Sequence record: DRR723986_7384
DNA length: 20,000 nt
Reading direction: 5' to 3' (one strand)
Shown: positions 8,669 to 18,371 of the stretch, in pieces
How positions within the stretch are numbered: the stretch's first letter is position 1
Layout of the letters: each line of letters begins with the position of its first letter
Made by a program: the position numbers and the translations under genes
The notes under the pieces: generated by a model
What the model was told of the DNA's origin: nothing
Seen by the model: the letters and a program-made list of their open reading frames with translations, nothing else
Databases searched by the model: none

Positions 8669-9382
8669 ATGAAGCCCGTCGTGCAGATTTCACTTGACGT
8701 AACAACGCTCAAAGAGGCGATCGAGACTGCAGAGCTCGCACTACGAGCTGGAGTCGATTGGCTCGAAGCCGGAACGCCGCTCATTTTGGCAGAAGGGCTG
8801 CACTGCGTCCGCGAGCTTCGAGCGCGATTCCCGGACACACCAATCGTGGCCGATCTGAAAACCATGGACGGCGGATACTTAGAAGCCGAAATGATGGCCA
8901 AGGCTGGTGCCAATTATGTCGTCGTGATGGCACGTGCTCACGCCGAGACCATCAAAGTCGTCTGTAAAGCCGGCCGGGACTATGGCATTGGAGTCATGGG
9001 CGACAACTTGGGCTGCCCGAACATGGTCGACGGCGCCAAGCTACTGGAGGAGCACGGCTGTGACTTCATCATTCACCACATCGGCTACGACGAACGACGA
9101 GGAATCGCTGCATTGGGGAAAGTCGCCCCGAGTCCGCTCGACCAACTGAAACAAGTCGTCGATTCGGTGAGCATACCAGTACAAGCCGTTGGCGGGTTGA
9201 GTATCGAACAAGCGATTGAATCACCCAAGTTCGGAGCACCCTCCGTAGTCATTGGAGCTCCCCTGGCGATCAATCCAGATCGCTTCGAAGCAGCAGGCGG
9301 AGACCTTGAACAAGTGCTTCGAACGATTTGCGACGAAGTTCATGCCCATGGGGACGTCCCCGTTGCCCCTGCGACGAGCTAG
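8669..9382 (+). CDS. OMP decarboxylase/HUMPS superfamily enzyme (3-hexulose-6-phosphate synthase/KGPDC-like)
   Basis: VQISLD, DWLEAGTPLI..EG, IVADLKTMDGG.LEA, AGA..VVVM, VQAVGG and VVIGA motifs of the HPS/KGPDC TIM barrel. Confidence 0.85.
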   Translation: MKPVVQISLDVTTLKEAIETAELALRAGVDWLEAGTPLILAEGLHCVRELRARFPDTPIVADLKTMDGGYLEAEMMAKAGANYVVVMARAHAETIKVVCKAGRDYGIGVMGDNLGCPNMVDGAKLLEEHGCDFIIHHIGYDERRGIAALGKVAPSPLDQLKQVVDSVSIPVQAVGGLSIEQAIESPKFGAPSVVIGAPLAINPDRFEAAGGDLEQVLRTICDEVHAHGDVPVAPATS

Positions 9383-9414
9383 CATGAGTCGCGCACGGCT
9401 TCTCGGGTTTCCGG

Positions 9415-10062
9415 CTATACGGGCAGTGCTGGTTCAGTACGGATTTCCCCACCCCTTAGATGAAAACACTTGTCAGCCAACAGTTTCGCTTCAGCGGCCG
9501 AGTGTGTCACGTGCAAAACCGTTCTATCATCTCGTTTCAGATTCCGTAGCAGTTCTGATATCTCTTCACGAGTCGCCTCATCAAGAGCGCTTAGCGGCTC
9601 ATCCAACAGCAATACACTCGGTTCAAAAGCAAGCGCCCGCCCAAGTGCAACCCTTTGCTTCTCACCACCACTTAACGCCGACGGCCCACGCTTGAGCAAA
9701 TGCTCAAGGCCAAGCTGATCGGCAAGCTGTGCAACACGATCGTCAATTTCGGAGCGCCGCAGTTTGCGCAGTCGCAGCGCGAAAGCAAGGTGTTCACGAA
9801 CACTCAATCCCGGGAAAAGAGCCAGGTCTTGCGGAACGTAGCCGATACCACGCCCTGAAACAGGCGTCCCTGTAACGTCTTCCTGATCGAGTACAACGCG
9901 ACCACTATTTGGTCGCCTCAACCCACAAATCGTCTCCAGGATCGTCGTCTTTCCGCTACCCGTCTTGCCCATCAGCACGGCATAGGAGCCTGACGGCACC
10001 TCGAACGAAACGTTCAGTTTCGTACTTCCAGCCTGAATCGACAACGCCTCTAACTGGATCAT
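9415..10062 (-). CDS. modC: ABC transporter ATP-binding subunit, molybdate/sulfate (ModC-like) family
   Basis: Walker A GKTGSGKT, Q-loop YVPQD, signature LSGGEKQRVALGRAL, Walker B LLLDEP, H-loop HVTH. Its start overlaps the permease stop (ATGA). The substrate assignment is inferred. Confidence 0.75.
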   Translation of the reverse strand: MIQLEALSIQAGSTKLNVSFEVPSGSYAVLMGKTGSGKTTILETICGLRRPNSGRVVLDQEDVTGTPVSGRGIGYVPQDLALFPGLSVREHLAFALRLRKLRRSEIDDRVAQLADQLGLEHLLKRGPSALSGGEKQRVALGRALAFEPSVLLLDEPLSALDEATREEISELLRNLKRDDRTVLHVTHSAAEAKLLADKCFHLRGGEIRTEPALPV

Positions 10063-10883
10063 GCCTGCCCCCTTACCCAGTGACCGACAAGCCGAAGAAA
10101 GAGCAAGACCACTGCTGCCAGAACAACCATTAACATCGCAACCGCCACCGCAGCTTGCAGGTTTCCAACGCTCAGTTCAAGGTACACACTCGTAGATAGA
10201 ACCTCAGTTCTCATTCGTGTCGAACCTGCAAAGACTAAGATCGGCCCAAATTCTCCCAAAGACCTAGCCCACGCAAGTGCACCTGCGGCGACAACCGCCC
10301 GCCAAGCCTGAGGTAGTGCGACTCTTGCGAAAGCTTGCCCACGGGAGCATCCCAGCGTTCTCGCGATCGCTTCCGGCCGAGCGTCAATCTGCTCAAACGC
10401 AACCCGCATTGTCCGAACAGCAAAAGCACAGGCTACGCTGAATTGTGCGAGCACCACCGCAGGCCAGTGATAAGTAATACGGATGCTGAGCACGCCACTG
10501 ATCCACTGTTCCACTCGCCACTCGCCAACACGAATGTGAAACAGAATCAACAGACTCAGCCCAATCACCAGGGGCGGCAGGACAATTGGAATGTCGACCA
10601 GGAAATCAACGACGCGAAATCCAGGAAAGCGAAACCGTGCCAGAAGGTAGCCTAGCGGGACCGCGACCCACAGAGACAAAATGGCCGACACTGTGCAAGA
10701 CAGAAGGGTGAGGCGAATGGATGCACGAATCTCAGGCCTTGAGATCGCGTCACGCAGCGCGTCAATACTCAGCAGCGAGACATCTGCAACCAGCAGCAGC
10801 AGCACCAAGCCGACAAAGCAGGACGAAAGTCCGCCTGCGATCAGGAAGAATATCGCATCCCCGGGTGCTTTGTGCTTCGGCAT
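10059..10883 (-). CDS. modB: ABC transporter permease, molybdate (ModB/NifC-like) family
   Basis: Multiple TM helices, DIPIVLPPLVIG.SLL, EAA-like loop (EAIARTLG.S..QAF.RVALP), and WARSLGEFG....FAG. The substrate assignment is inferred. Confidence 0.78.
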   Translation of the reverse strand: MPKHKAPGDAIFFLIAGGLSSCFVGLVLLLLVADVSLLSIDALRDAISRPEIRASIRLTLLSCTVSAILSLWVAVPLGYLLARFRFPGFRVVDFLVDIPIVLPPLVIGLSLLILFHIRVGEWRVEQWISGVLSIRITYHWPAVVLAQFSVACAFAVRTMRVAFEQIDARPEAIARTLGCSRGQAFARVALPQAWRAVVAAGALAWARSLGEFGPILVFAGSTRMRTEVLSTSVYLELSVGNLQAAVAVAMLMVVLAAVVLLFLRLVGHWVRGQA

Positions 10884-10978
10884 TAATGGTCTGTACGTTC
10901 AACGAGTCACCAAGCAGTTCAGCAAAAGGGCAATCCCACGATCATGGATCAAACCTTCTGCTACACACAACAGTCTGC

Positions 10979-10987
10979 ATTGTAGCA
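10979..10987 (-). promoter_or_regulatory. Possible extended -10 element (TGCTACAAT) upstream of the ModB-like gene
   Basis: The minus strand reads TGnTACAAT about 95 nt upstream of ATG 10883. It overlaps one arm of an 8-bp inverted repeat. Confidence 0.3.
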
Positions 10988-11160
10988 GGGCGTGCGATGT
11001 TGCCGGGGCGCTACAGCTCCCACGATAGAAAAGCACCGCCGCATGCACACCCCACAAGGCACAACAAACAACTGCACTCAACCCATGCTTTCCGCAGAAG
11101 ACTGATTGTGGGGCGCTGCGTCCCGGCCAGCAATCGCTCTTCTCCGCGCCTACCGAGCCA

Positions 11161-12744
11161 CTAGGCCTTGGAGTCTTCGTAAGTGCGACTGCCGTCACCA
11201 GCTTCACCACGGGCGCCGAGGGCGATGCTGTAAAGCTGCTGACCATGCTCGGTTGGATAGTCTCCAGTGATGCAGGCCTGGCAGAGTTGGTTGTCGCTCA
11301 AGCCTATCGCTCGCGAAATTGAATCGATCGGGAGATACCGCAATGAATCGCAGCCAAGCGTTGAGGCCATCCGGCGTTGGCTCTCGTCGGTCAGCTTGCC
11401 GTCATCCAAGAACTTTGGCGCGAACAATTCGTCGATCGTCGACATGTCAATTCCGTAAAAACACGGAGCGACAATTGGTGGGCAAGCGACGCGAACATGG
11501 ATTTCTTTGGCGCCACCAAGTTCCCGGATTCGGCCTAACAGCACCTTCATGGTTGTGCTTCGGACAATTGAATCCTCGACCAAGAACACTCGCTTGCCTT
11601 CGAGTACTTCACGCAGCGGAGTGTATTTGCTGGACGCTTTCGCTTTCCTTGCTCGCCCGCCTTCGATAAAGGTTCGACCGCTATAACGATTACGGATTAG
11701 TCCCTCACGACTTGGAATCCCCAATTCGTACGCCATCGCGTCAGCAGCCGCCTTGCTTGTATCCGGAACTGGCACAACGATCGTATCGTTATCCAGCGGA
11801 ACGCTGCCGTCGGCGATCTCCATACGAGCGAGCTCTTCACCCAGTCGCGTTCGCGACAGGTACACGCTCTTTTCATCGAGAGTACTGGCTACATTGGCAA
11901 AGTAAACCCACTCAAAGAAGCAGTGGGCTGTTCGATTGAGCTTTGCAAACTCCTTCACCTTCACGCCGTCGGGACGGACAACAATCAAGTGCCCAGGCAG
12001 CAATGAACGAATACTCTCGGGCTGAAAACCGAGATTAAGAAGCGCGACGGACTCACTCGCGGCTGCAAACATCTGGCCCTCGAGGGCGTAGCACATCGGC
12101 TTGATACCCAACGGATCTCTGGCAAGCAGCAGCTCACCTCGGGCGTTCAAGAACGCGAGGCTGTAAGCCCCGTCGAACTGGCTGGCCACCTTCGTGAAGA
12201 CTTCGGCGATGTCTCGGCCCTTGCCCGTCGAGAGTTCACGACCGAGTTCATGCATGATTATTTCGGTGTCGGTGTCTCGTGCTAAGTGGTGCTCCCCTTC
12301 GCGGAGCAGCTTCGATCGCAAGCTCGAGTAGTTGGCTAGCTGGCCGTTGAAGCAGAAGCTAAACCATTTGTGTTTGTGGATGTGCTCGCGCTCAAACGGC
12401 TGGGCGTAGTTTCGATCGTCCTTGCCACAAGTCGCGTATCGAACATGCCCAATCGCAGCTCGACCGGCATAGTCGTTCATGAGTGCTGCGTATTTTCCGC
12501 GATGCGACATCCGGAAGACTTCCGCAACCGTCCCGATATCCTTCATGGTATCGAGCAGGTTCGATCGCTCTGACGAAAAAGTCGTCATGCCAGCGGAGAG
12601 CTGGCCGCGATTCTGAATGTCCTGCAGCATCCGCGGCAGCAGCCGAGAAACTTCCGTTGGTCCTTCATCAGTGCAAAGCGGACTTGCGTCACCATTTAAG
12701 TGGTAGATCGCCGCCACACCACATTCGTGATGCAATTCACTCAT
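11161..12744 (-). CDS. purF: Amidophosphoribosyltransferase (Fe-S, propeptide type)
   Basis: The true start is likely MSELHHE|CG at 12744, giving a short propeptide before the catalytic Cys. Motifs: [39 protein letters not shown] motif [30 protein letters not shown]. Confidence 0.97.
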   Translation of the reverse strand: MSELHHECGVAAIYHLNGDASPLCTDEGPTEVSRLLPRMLQDIQNRGQLSAGMTTFSSERSNLLDTMKDIGTVAEVFRMSHRGKYAALMNDYAGRAAIGHVRYATCGKDDRNYAQPFEREHIHKHKWFSFCFNGQLANYSSLRSKLLREGEHHLARDTDTEIIMHELGRELSTGKGRDIAEVFTKVASQFDGAYSLAFLNARGELLLARDPLGIKPMCYALEGQMFAAASESVALLNLGFQPESIRSLLPGHLIVVRPDGVKVKEFAKLNRTAHCFFEWVYFANVASTLDEKSVYLSRTRLGEELARMEIADGSVPLDNDTIVVPVPDTSKAAADAMAYELGIPSREGLIRNRYSGRTFIEGGRARKAKASSKYTPLREVLEGKRVFLVEDSIVRSTTMKVLLGRIRELGGAKEIHVRVACPPIVAPCFYGIDMSTIDELFAPKFLDDGKLTDESQRRMASTLGCDSLRYLPIDSISRAIGLSDNQLCQACITGDYPTEHGQQLYSIALGARGEAGDGSRTYEDSKA

Positions 12745-13148
12745 AAGATAGGAGTTCCCTTGATCAGCTTCGCCATTTCGGCATCGAAGCAGGGCTTTGA
12801 GATGTGCGAGAGTTCCTCTGCCAGAGTCCTTCACCGACTCTTCACAAACAGTGTAGCTAGCCAACATGTTTGAGCAAACGACCAATCGTGATGATTCTCA
12901 CGAACAGACGTAATTCTCTCGCAGGTTGCCGGTTTCATCCGTCTTTCGAGCCACCCGGTCGATTGGCACCACTTTTTCGAGCTGCCGTTTCCGGCTCAAT
13001 GGCTGCTCGACCAGGCAGCTAGGGTCGCCCAGGCGGCGTTCGTTCGTACAATCGTGCATCACTTCGGTAGAGGCTCCTGTGGTAATTGCGGTGCCCGCAC
13101 GCTGCAGGCACCTGGCGTGGATTTCTCGGATTGAAAGTAAATTGCCCG

Positions 13149-14285
13149 ATGTCGCAAGAATCTCGTAAAAGCTTGCTGGGCGTGGACACTGTCGTGGTCA
13201 AGATCGGCTCACGTGTCCTGACAGGTCCCGACGGAACCCTCGATGTCGAACAAGTCGGCAGTTTCTCGCGGCAGATTGCCCGCTTGGCCAAGACCGGCAA
13301 ACAGGTCGTTTTAGTAAGTAGTGGTGCAGTAGCTGCAGGCATGGGACAACTGGGCCTGGCCGCCCGCCCGAAATCACTCGCTCAGTTGCAAGCGGTTGCT
13401 GCAGTGGGCCAGGCGCTGCTCATTCAGTTCTATGAAAGCTTCCTTTCCTCCCACGGATTTCACGCCGCTCAAATTCTACTGACGGCAGACGACCTGGATG
13501 ACCGCCGCCGGTATTTGAACGTCCGCAACACGCTTCGCGAATCACTGCGACTTGGCGTGGTGCCAATTATCAACGAAAACGATTCAGTGGCTGTTGACGA
13601 ATTGCAAACGACTTTCGGTGACAACGACCGACTGGCCGCAAGCGTTGCAGGTGTGATCGGAAAGGGCGCGCTGTTGATACTAAGTGACGTGGAAGGAGTC
13701 TACGATCGCGATCCACGCCAACCAGATGCGACGATCATTTCACAGATTGCACACGTCGACTCAACCACATTAGAGCTGGCCTCCGGTGGAACATCCAGTG
13801 TCGGCAAGGGCGGGATGGAAAGCAAACTGCGAGCGGCCAGCATTGCATCGCGTAGCGGAATACCAGCCGTCATCGCCGGCGGTCGTGTTGACGATGCGAT
13901 TGTTCGCATCATGACCAATGGTGAACCCTTAGGAACCTACTTCCCGCCTGACAAGCAAAGCCTCGCGCCACGAAAACGATGGATTGAAGCTTCCCAGGCC
14001 TTTGGCACTATCCAAGTCGACGCCGGTGCCGCCCGGGCGCTTGGCAACGAAGGCTCCAGCTTGCTGGCCATCGGAATCACCGGTGTAACTGGCAGCTTCG
14101 CATGTGGAGATGTAGTCGCAATCACGGGACCAGGTGGAGTCGAAGTTGGACGCGGTCTGACGAATTTCAGCTCCGACGAAGTAGGCAGAATCTGCGGATT
14201 ACAATCTTCCGAGATTGAACAAGAACTGGGCCACAGCACATACGACGAAGTCATTCATCGGGACAACATGTCCGTTTCTCAGTGA
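13149..14285 (+). CDS. proB: Glutamate 5-kinase with C-terminal PUA domain
   Basis: VVVKIGSRVL, LVSSGAVAAG, AAVGQ, PIINENDSV, FGDNDRLAA, LSDVEG, GGMESKL, and PUA region VDAGA..AL...SLLAIG...GRGL. The start is set at ATG 13149. Confidence 0.97.
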   Translation: MSQESRKSLLGVDTVVVKIGSRVLTGPDGTLDVEQVGSFSRQIARLAKTGKQVVLVSSGAVAAGMGQLGLAARPKSLAQLQAVAAVGQALLIQFYESFLSSHGFHAAQILLTADDLDDRRRYLNVRNTLRESLRLGVVPIINENDSVAVDELQTTFGDNDRLAASVAGVIGKGALLILSDVEGVYDRDPRQPDATIISQIAHVDSTTLELASGGTSSVGKGGMESKLRAASIASRSGIPAVIAGGRVDDAIVRIMTNGEPLGTYFPPDKQSLAPRKRWIEASQAFGTIQVDAGAARALGNEGSSLLAIGITGVTGSFACGDVVAITGPGGVEVGRGLTNFSSDEVGRICGLQSSEIEQELGHSTYDEVIHRDNMSVSQ

Positions 14286-14308
14286 CATTCCTGCAAAGCA
14301 GCGACCAC

Positions 14309-14353
14309 ATATTACGAGACCGTATACTACGAGACCGTATGCTACGAAACCGT
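14309..14353. repeat. Three imperfect 15-bp tandem repeats
   Basis: ATATTACGAGACCGT (14309-14323), ATACTACGAGACCGT (14324-14338), ATGCTACGAAACCGT (14339-14353). Confidence 0.9.
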
Positions 14354-15445
14354 GACAACGGGCTCGCCCAGCACTTCCAATTTCGGTTCTACTCCCAGTC
14401 CCGGAGCAGTTGATGCTGCCATCCGGCCGTTGTCGCGTTTGGGAGCGCCATCAGCAATGTCGACCGTTCCGTAGCTATTGAAGTCCGTCGACGTGAACTG
14501 CAGTTCGGCTGGACATCCGGCAGCCAAGTGGGCAATGGCTGCGGTAATAATATCGCCACCCCAGCTATCTTCGATGGTCATCGCCATCCCGAGAGTCGCA
14601 CACAAGTCTCGCGCCTGCGACGCCTTGGTTAAACCTCCGAACTTACTGATCTTGATATTGATTACGTCCGCTGCCAAATCGCTGGCCGCCCTCATGATCA
14701 TACTTGCCGAGTCGATCACTTCGTCCATAACAAACGGAAGCGTTGTCTGTCGGCGGACACTCAAACATTCCTCGTAGCTGCGGCATGGTTGTTCAATGTA
14801 TAGGTCGAGATCCTGAACGGCATTGACGACCCGAACTGCCTCATGCATGCTCCAGCCCGTGTTCGCATCAGCAACCAATTTATCGTCAGCATCAAGCACT
14901 TCGCGAACCGCTCGAATTCGCCGAATATCTTCATTCGGATCACCGCCAACCTTGAGCTGAAAACGGCGATAACCTTCCGCTCGGTAATCAGCAACGTTTT
15001 GGGCCATCTCCGCAGCAGGCCTTTGCGATATGGCGCGGTACAGCGTTACAGAATCCTGGAATCGTCCGCCCAGTAACTCGGCGACGGGCAGGCCCGCGTG
15101 CTTGCCAATAATGTCCCAGCAGGCCATGTCGATGGCGCTTTTAACGTATGCATGCCCCTTGAGTTCGAGGTCCATCAGGGCGTTCAAGGGGACTGGCCGT
15201 GTGGGGTCCTGCCCGAGCAAACTTGGGCCAAGCTCCTCTATTCCCATCCGCACACCACGGGCATAAGCGGGCAGGTAGGCTGGACCAAGCGGGCAGACTT
15301 CTCCCCAACCTTCAATTCCCGAGTCAGTCGCAACACACACGACGGTCGAGTCGAAAACCGAGACACTCTTGCCTTCAGACCAACTGTATTTCCCTTCGAC
15401 CAACGGCAAGTCGACCTGATAGGCTTTGATTGAATTGATTTTCAT
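14342..15445 (-). CDS. Enolase superfamily (MLE subgroup) enzyme, cis-3-hydroxy-L-proline dehydratase-like
   Basis: The start [15 protein letters not shown] is at 15445, with an ATGA overlap onto the sulfatase stop. Motifs: CPLG.AYLPAY, QLKVGG (Q-x-K), DAN, EQP, DE metal ligands, KISK.GG, EDSWGGD, TDFNSY. From memory it closely resembles the characterised Labrenzia aggregata c3LHyp dehydratase; this was not confirmed by alignment. Confidence 0.8.
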   Translation of the reverse strand: MKINSIKAYQVDLPLVEGKYSWSEGKSVSVFDSTVVCVATDSGIEGWGEVCPLGPAYLPAYARGVRMGIEELGPSLLGQDPTRPVPLNALMDLELKGHAYVKSAIDMACWDIIGKHAGLPVAELLGGRFQDSVTLYRAISQRPAAEMAQNVADYRAEGYRRFQLKVGGDPNEDIRRIRAVREVLDADDKLVADANTGWSMHEAVRVVNAVQDLDLYIEQPCRSYEECLSVRRQTTLPFVMDEVIDSASMIMRAASDLAADVINIKISKFGGLTKASQARDLCATLGMAMTIEDSWGGDIITAAIAHLAAGCPAELQFTSTDFNSYGTVDIADGAPKRDNGRMAASTAPGLGVEPKLEVLGEPVVTVS

Positions 15446-16953
15446 TCTTTGCGATTCTCTTTGCGAGTGAATACGTCGGCGAATTGCCGATAGTTGTGGT
15501 AGGGGGCGGCGTGATCCCGCCAATGCTCTACAGCCGCATCGTAGTGCTCTCTCAACTGCACCAGCCGATCTGACGCCATGGAGTCACCAGCAAGGTTGGT
15601 TAACTCAAGTGGATCCTCAGCAATGTTGTACAGTTCTTCCGCGGGTTTCATGCCGTCGCCGGAGTAAGGCCAGTAGATGAATTTCCACTGCCCCAGCATC
15701 ACACTCAAGCTGTGAACAGAACGCGGCCCCCAGACGTTCAATAGTGTAATATTGTCACGAACCGAATCGGAGGCATCTCTCAAGAGGGGCACCAAGCTGA
15801 CTCCGTCAATTGCGGTGTCGGGATTCAAACCGGCGAGGCGCAAGATTGTGGGCGCAAGGTCAATACTACCGGTCAGGGCTTGGGTGCGTAGACCGCGCGT
15901 GCTATCGAGTCGCGGGTCGTGAATAATCAGCGGCACTCGCGACGCCTCTTCATAGGGCAAAACTTTGCTGCCATAACCGTGACTACCACACATGAACCCG
16001 TTGTCCGATGTGTAGATAACGACCGTGTTATCCGAACAGCCATGCTTCTCGAGGCTTTGGCGGATCCGGCCAACTGCAACGTCAATGCCGTGTATCTGCT
16101 GGTGATACTTTGCCATGACGGCATCGTAATCGTCGCTGTAGCCCCATTCTTCGAACCTAACAAATTGCCTCCCACCACGACTCTGCTGCGCAAAGTGCTC
16201 ACCATATCTCCGTCCATAGTTTGCGGGCTTTGTAAACGTCGCCCCCGCATAAACGGCATCGAATCGCGGGTCAGGCTGAACGGGGCGGTGGGGTGCCTTG
16301 AAACTAATTGAAAGGCAAAACGGTTGCTTCTTGCGGGCACTCTCGGCAATAAAGTCCTCGGCGAAAGCTGCGTAGGCAAGCGTTGAGTGCGGGTACTCTT
16401 CAGCGTATTCTGCAATTGAGGCGTTCCGCTTTGTTTCGTAGTGCGTTTGCCCTGGCCCCGCCCCCCAAGCGTCAAAGTCGCCCTTGGGCAGTTCGCTCTT
16501 GGCTCGTTTGCCAGTCTCTTGGGCAACTTCAAAACCAATCTTGCCGGCCATAGCTGTGCGGTAGCCCGCTTGTCTCAGCAGCATCGGATAGCTCTTCAAC
16601 CAATGCTGCTGCATCAGCGGTCCGTGCTCGAAGTTGCACCCATGACGGTACTCGTAGAGTCCTGTCATGATGCTGGCACGACTGGCCATGCAAATCGCTG
16701 TCGGCACGTAGTGAGCATCGAAGGTGAGACCATCGCTGGCTAGGCGGTCAATGTTTGGCGTTTGAACATCGCCATTTCCATAACACCCTAGTGAGTATGT
16801 GCATTGATCGTCGGCAAGCAACAGCACAATATTGGGCTTCTCTTGCGGCGCATCCGCGGCAGTGGATTTCGTTTGGCCTTGGCCGACCGCGGCTGCCTGT
16901 AGCGGGAAAACAACTGCAAGCACGACAATTGGCAATTGAACAATCGACTTCAT
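15442..16953 (-). CDS. Secreted formylglycine-dependent (S1) sulfatase
   Basis: Start MKSIVQL at 16953 after a GGAGAG SD-like sequence, then a signal peptide. Motifs: [31 protein letters not shown] (C-x-A-x-R), [37 protein letters not shown]. Confidence 0.93.
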   Translation of the reverse strand: MKSIVQLPIVVLAVVFPLQAAAVGQGQTKSTAADAPQEKPNIVLLLADDQCTYSLGCYGNGDVQTPNIDRLASDGLTFDAHYVPTAICMASRASIMTGLYEYRHGCNFEHGPLMQQHWLKSYPMLLRQAGYRTAMAGKIGFEVAQETGKRAKSELPKGDFDAWGAGPGQTHYETKRNASIAEYAEEYPHSTLAYAAFAEDFIAESARKKQPFCLSISFKAPHRPVQPDPRFDAVYAGATFTKPANYGRRYGEHFAQQSRGGRQFVRFEEWGYSDDYDAVMAKYHQQIHGIDVAVGRIRQSLEKHGCSDNTVVIYTSDNGFMCGSHGYGSKVLPYEEASRVPLIIHDPRLDSTRGLRTQALTGSIDLAPTILRLAGLNPDTAIDGVSLVPLLRDASDSVRDNITLLNVWGPRSVHSLSVMLGQWKFIYWPYSGDGMKPAEELYNIAEDPLELTNLAGDSMASDRLVQLREHYDAAVEHWRDHAAPYHNYRQFADVFTRKENRKE

Positions 16954-16978
16954 GGGCTCTCTCCGATGGTGACTTTTC

Positions 16979-18262
16979 TCAGCGGCCCAATAGCCCGCGA
17001 ATGTACGACTTAAAATCAATCATCTGCGTCGGAGGTTCCGGTCCAACGACGCACGGCCCCTGATCTGGTTCTGGCGTTAATCCGTGGCTACCGCGCACCA
17101 ACGTGGCGTCCAGCGGAATCACATCCATCTTATAGCGAAAACCCATGAGCTTTTGCCCCAGGCGGAAGGCGGCTCGCAGGTTACCGGTGCTAAACAACTC
17201 GCAAGGGTCGTACCCAGGCTTACGATGAATATCGACGGTCGGAGCAAAATCGGGCGCTCGCGCGTCGTCTAACCAGTAGTAGTAGGTGAACCATGCGTTA
17301 GGTTCAGCCAACGCGATCAACTCACCACTCCGCGGGTGATCTAAACGGAGCTCGCCTGGCTGCACCACGCTGGCAATGCCTGGCGCCGCCTCTAGCTCTC
17401 GCCTGACGTCCTCGATAATGGCTGGGGCATTCACGTACACATGAGCAACCTGATGGTCCGAAACTGCAAACGCCTGGGAATTCATCGGCATCAGCGTTTC
17501 TCCAAACGGACCGTCGCGAACCGTTAGCCAGCCAGCCTCTCGAAGCACTCGATTGATATGCACGGGCCTGTCAACCGGAACCAGTCCGTACTCAGAAACG
17601 ACAACTGGCGTCGCATCAATCTCACGGGCTGCTGCGACGACAGTCGCCACGCACGCATCAACTTCGCGAACCCGCTCGGGGTCATGTTCTGGCAATCGCT
17701 GAAAATCGTAGTCCAGGTGTGGCAGGTAGCAGAGCGTGAGCTGTGGCCTTTGCTGACGCATCGTCAACGCTGTGGCTCGCGCGATCCAGTCGCTCGCGGG
17801 CAAGCCTGCCTTCGGCCCCCAGAAACTGAAAAACGGAAACTCGCCCAACGATCCTGTCAGCGAGCATTCTGTTTCGTCTAAAATGCCAAACGCCTTGGAT
17901 CCGTCGCAACCATAGTGAGGCTTTGGTGTCGCAAATCGCCGCACCGGTGCCCCCTGATTGAACCACCAAAACATCTTGGCGGTATCGACGCCCTCATAGA
18001 ATTTTTCACCTTGCATCAGCCGATTCGACTGCTGCCAAAAACGCACTTCACCAGTGTCACGATAGTACCACCCGTTACCGACAATCCCGTGGTCGCGCGG
18101 CTCTAATCCAGTCAGCAATGTGGCTTGCGAAGTGCAAGTAACGGCGGGAATGGGAGCCTGCCACGGATGGCACGTCCCAAGGGATTGAATCGTCGGGGCA
18201 TACTGCAACAGTTCGGACGTTAAGCCAACGACGTTGATTACGCAAACTCGATTGCTACTCAT
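16979..18262 (-). CDS. Alkaline phosphatase superfamily type I phosphodiesterase/nucleotide pyrophosphatase, EboF-like
   Basis: Start MSSNRVCVINVVGL at 18262. Motifs: PAVTCTSQAT.LTG..P..HGIVGNGWY, FWGP, YLPHLDY, SEYG, DHQVAHVY, VDIHRKPGYDP.ELF, GSHG. Confidence 0.88.
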   Translation of the reverse strand: MSSNRVCVINVVGLTSELLQYAPTIQSLGTCHPWQAPIPAVTCTSQATLLTGLEPRDHGIVGNGWYYRDTGEVRFWQQSNRLMQGEKFYEGVDTAKMFWWFNQGAPVRRFATPKPHYGCDGSKAFGILDETECSLTGSLGEFPFFSFWGPKAGLPASDWIARATALTMRQQRPQLTLCYLPHLDYDFQRLPEHDPERVREVDACVATVVAAAREIDATPVVVSEYGLVPVDRPVHINRVLREAGWLTVRDGPFGETLMPMNSQAFAVSDHQVAHVYVNAPAIIEDVRRELEAAPGIASVVQPGELRLDHPRSGELIALAEPNAWFTYYYWLDDARAPDFAPTVDIHRKPGYDPCELFSTGNLRAAFRLGQKLMGFRYKMDVIPLDATLVRGSHGLTPEPDQGPCVVGPEPPTQMIDFKSYIRGLLGR

Positions 18263-18371
18263 GGTCCCCGGGGATGTTGGATCAAAGTGGTTGATGGTGG
18301 CTTTGGACGGAATGCTGGCTATGATGTTAGACGTTTCTGCCAGCAAGATCCCCGACTAGAGAAACCGCCGC

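Noticed and set aside
10884-11246. ORF 10899..11246(-) as a modA remnant, or a Moco/Wco riboswitch upstream of modB
   Set aside because: The translation has no binding-protein features and overlaps purF, and I could not find the Moco RNA consensus elements.
13026-13085. ZTP riboswitch-like fragments on the minus strand upstream of purF (ACCACAGGAGC ... GCCGCCTGGGC)
   Set aside because: The required 5' GACTGGCG/GTGG elements, P1 pairing and pseudoknot partner are missing, and it lies ~280 nt from purF. An Rfam ZMP-ZTP scan would settle it.
12745-13148. Extended N-termini of purF (from 12885) and proB (from 13086)
   Set aside because: Family-typical N-termini begin at 12744 (MSELHHECG) and 13149 (MSQESRK).
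14309-14353. CRISPR-like array
   Set aside because: The units are 15-bp direct tandem repeats without spacers, and no cas genes are present.
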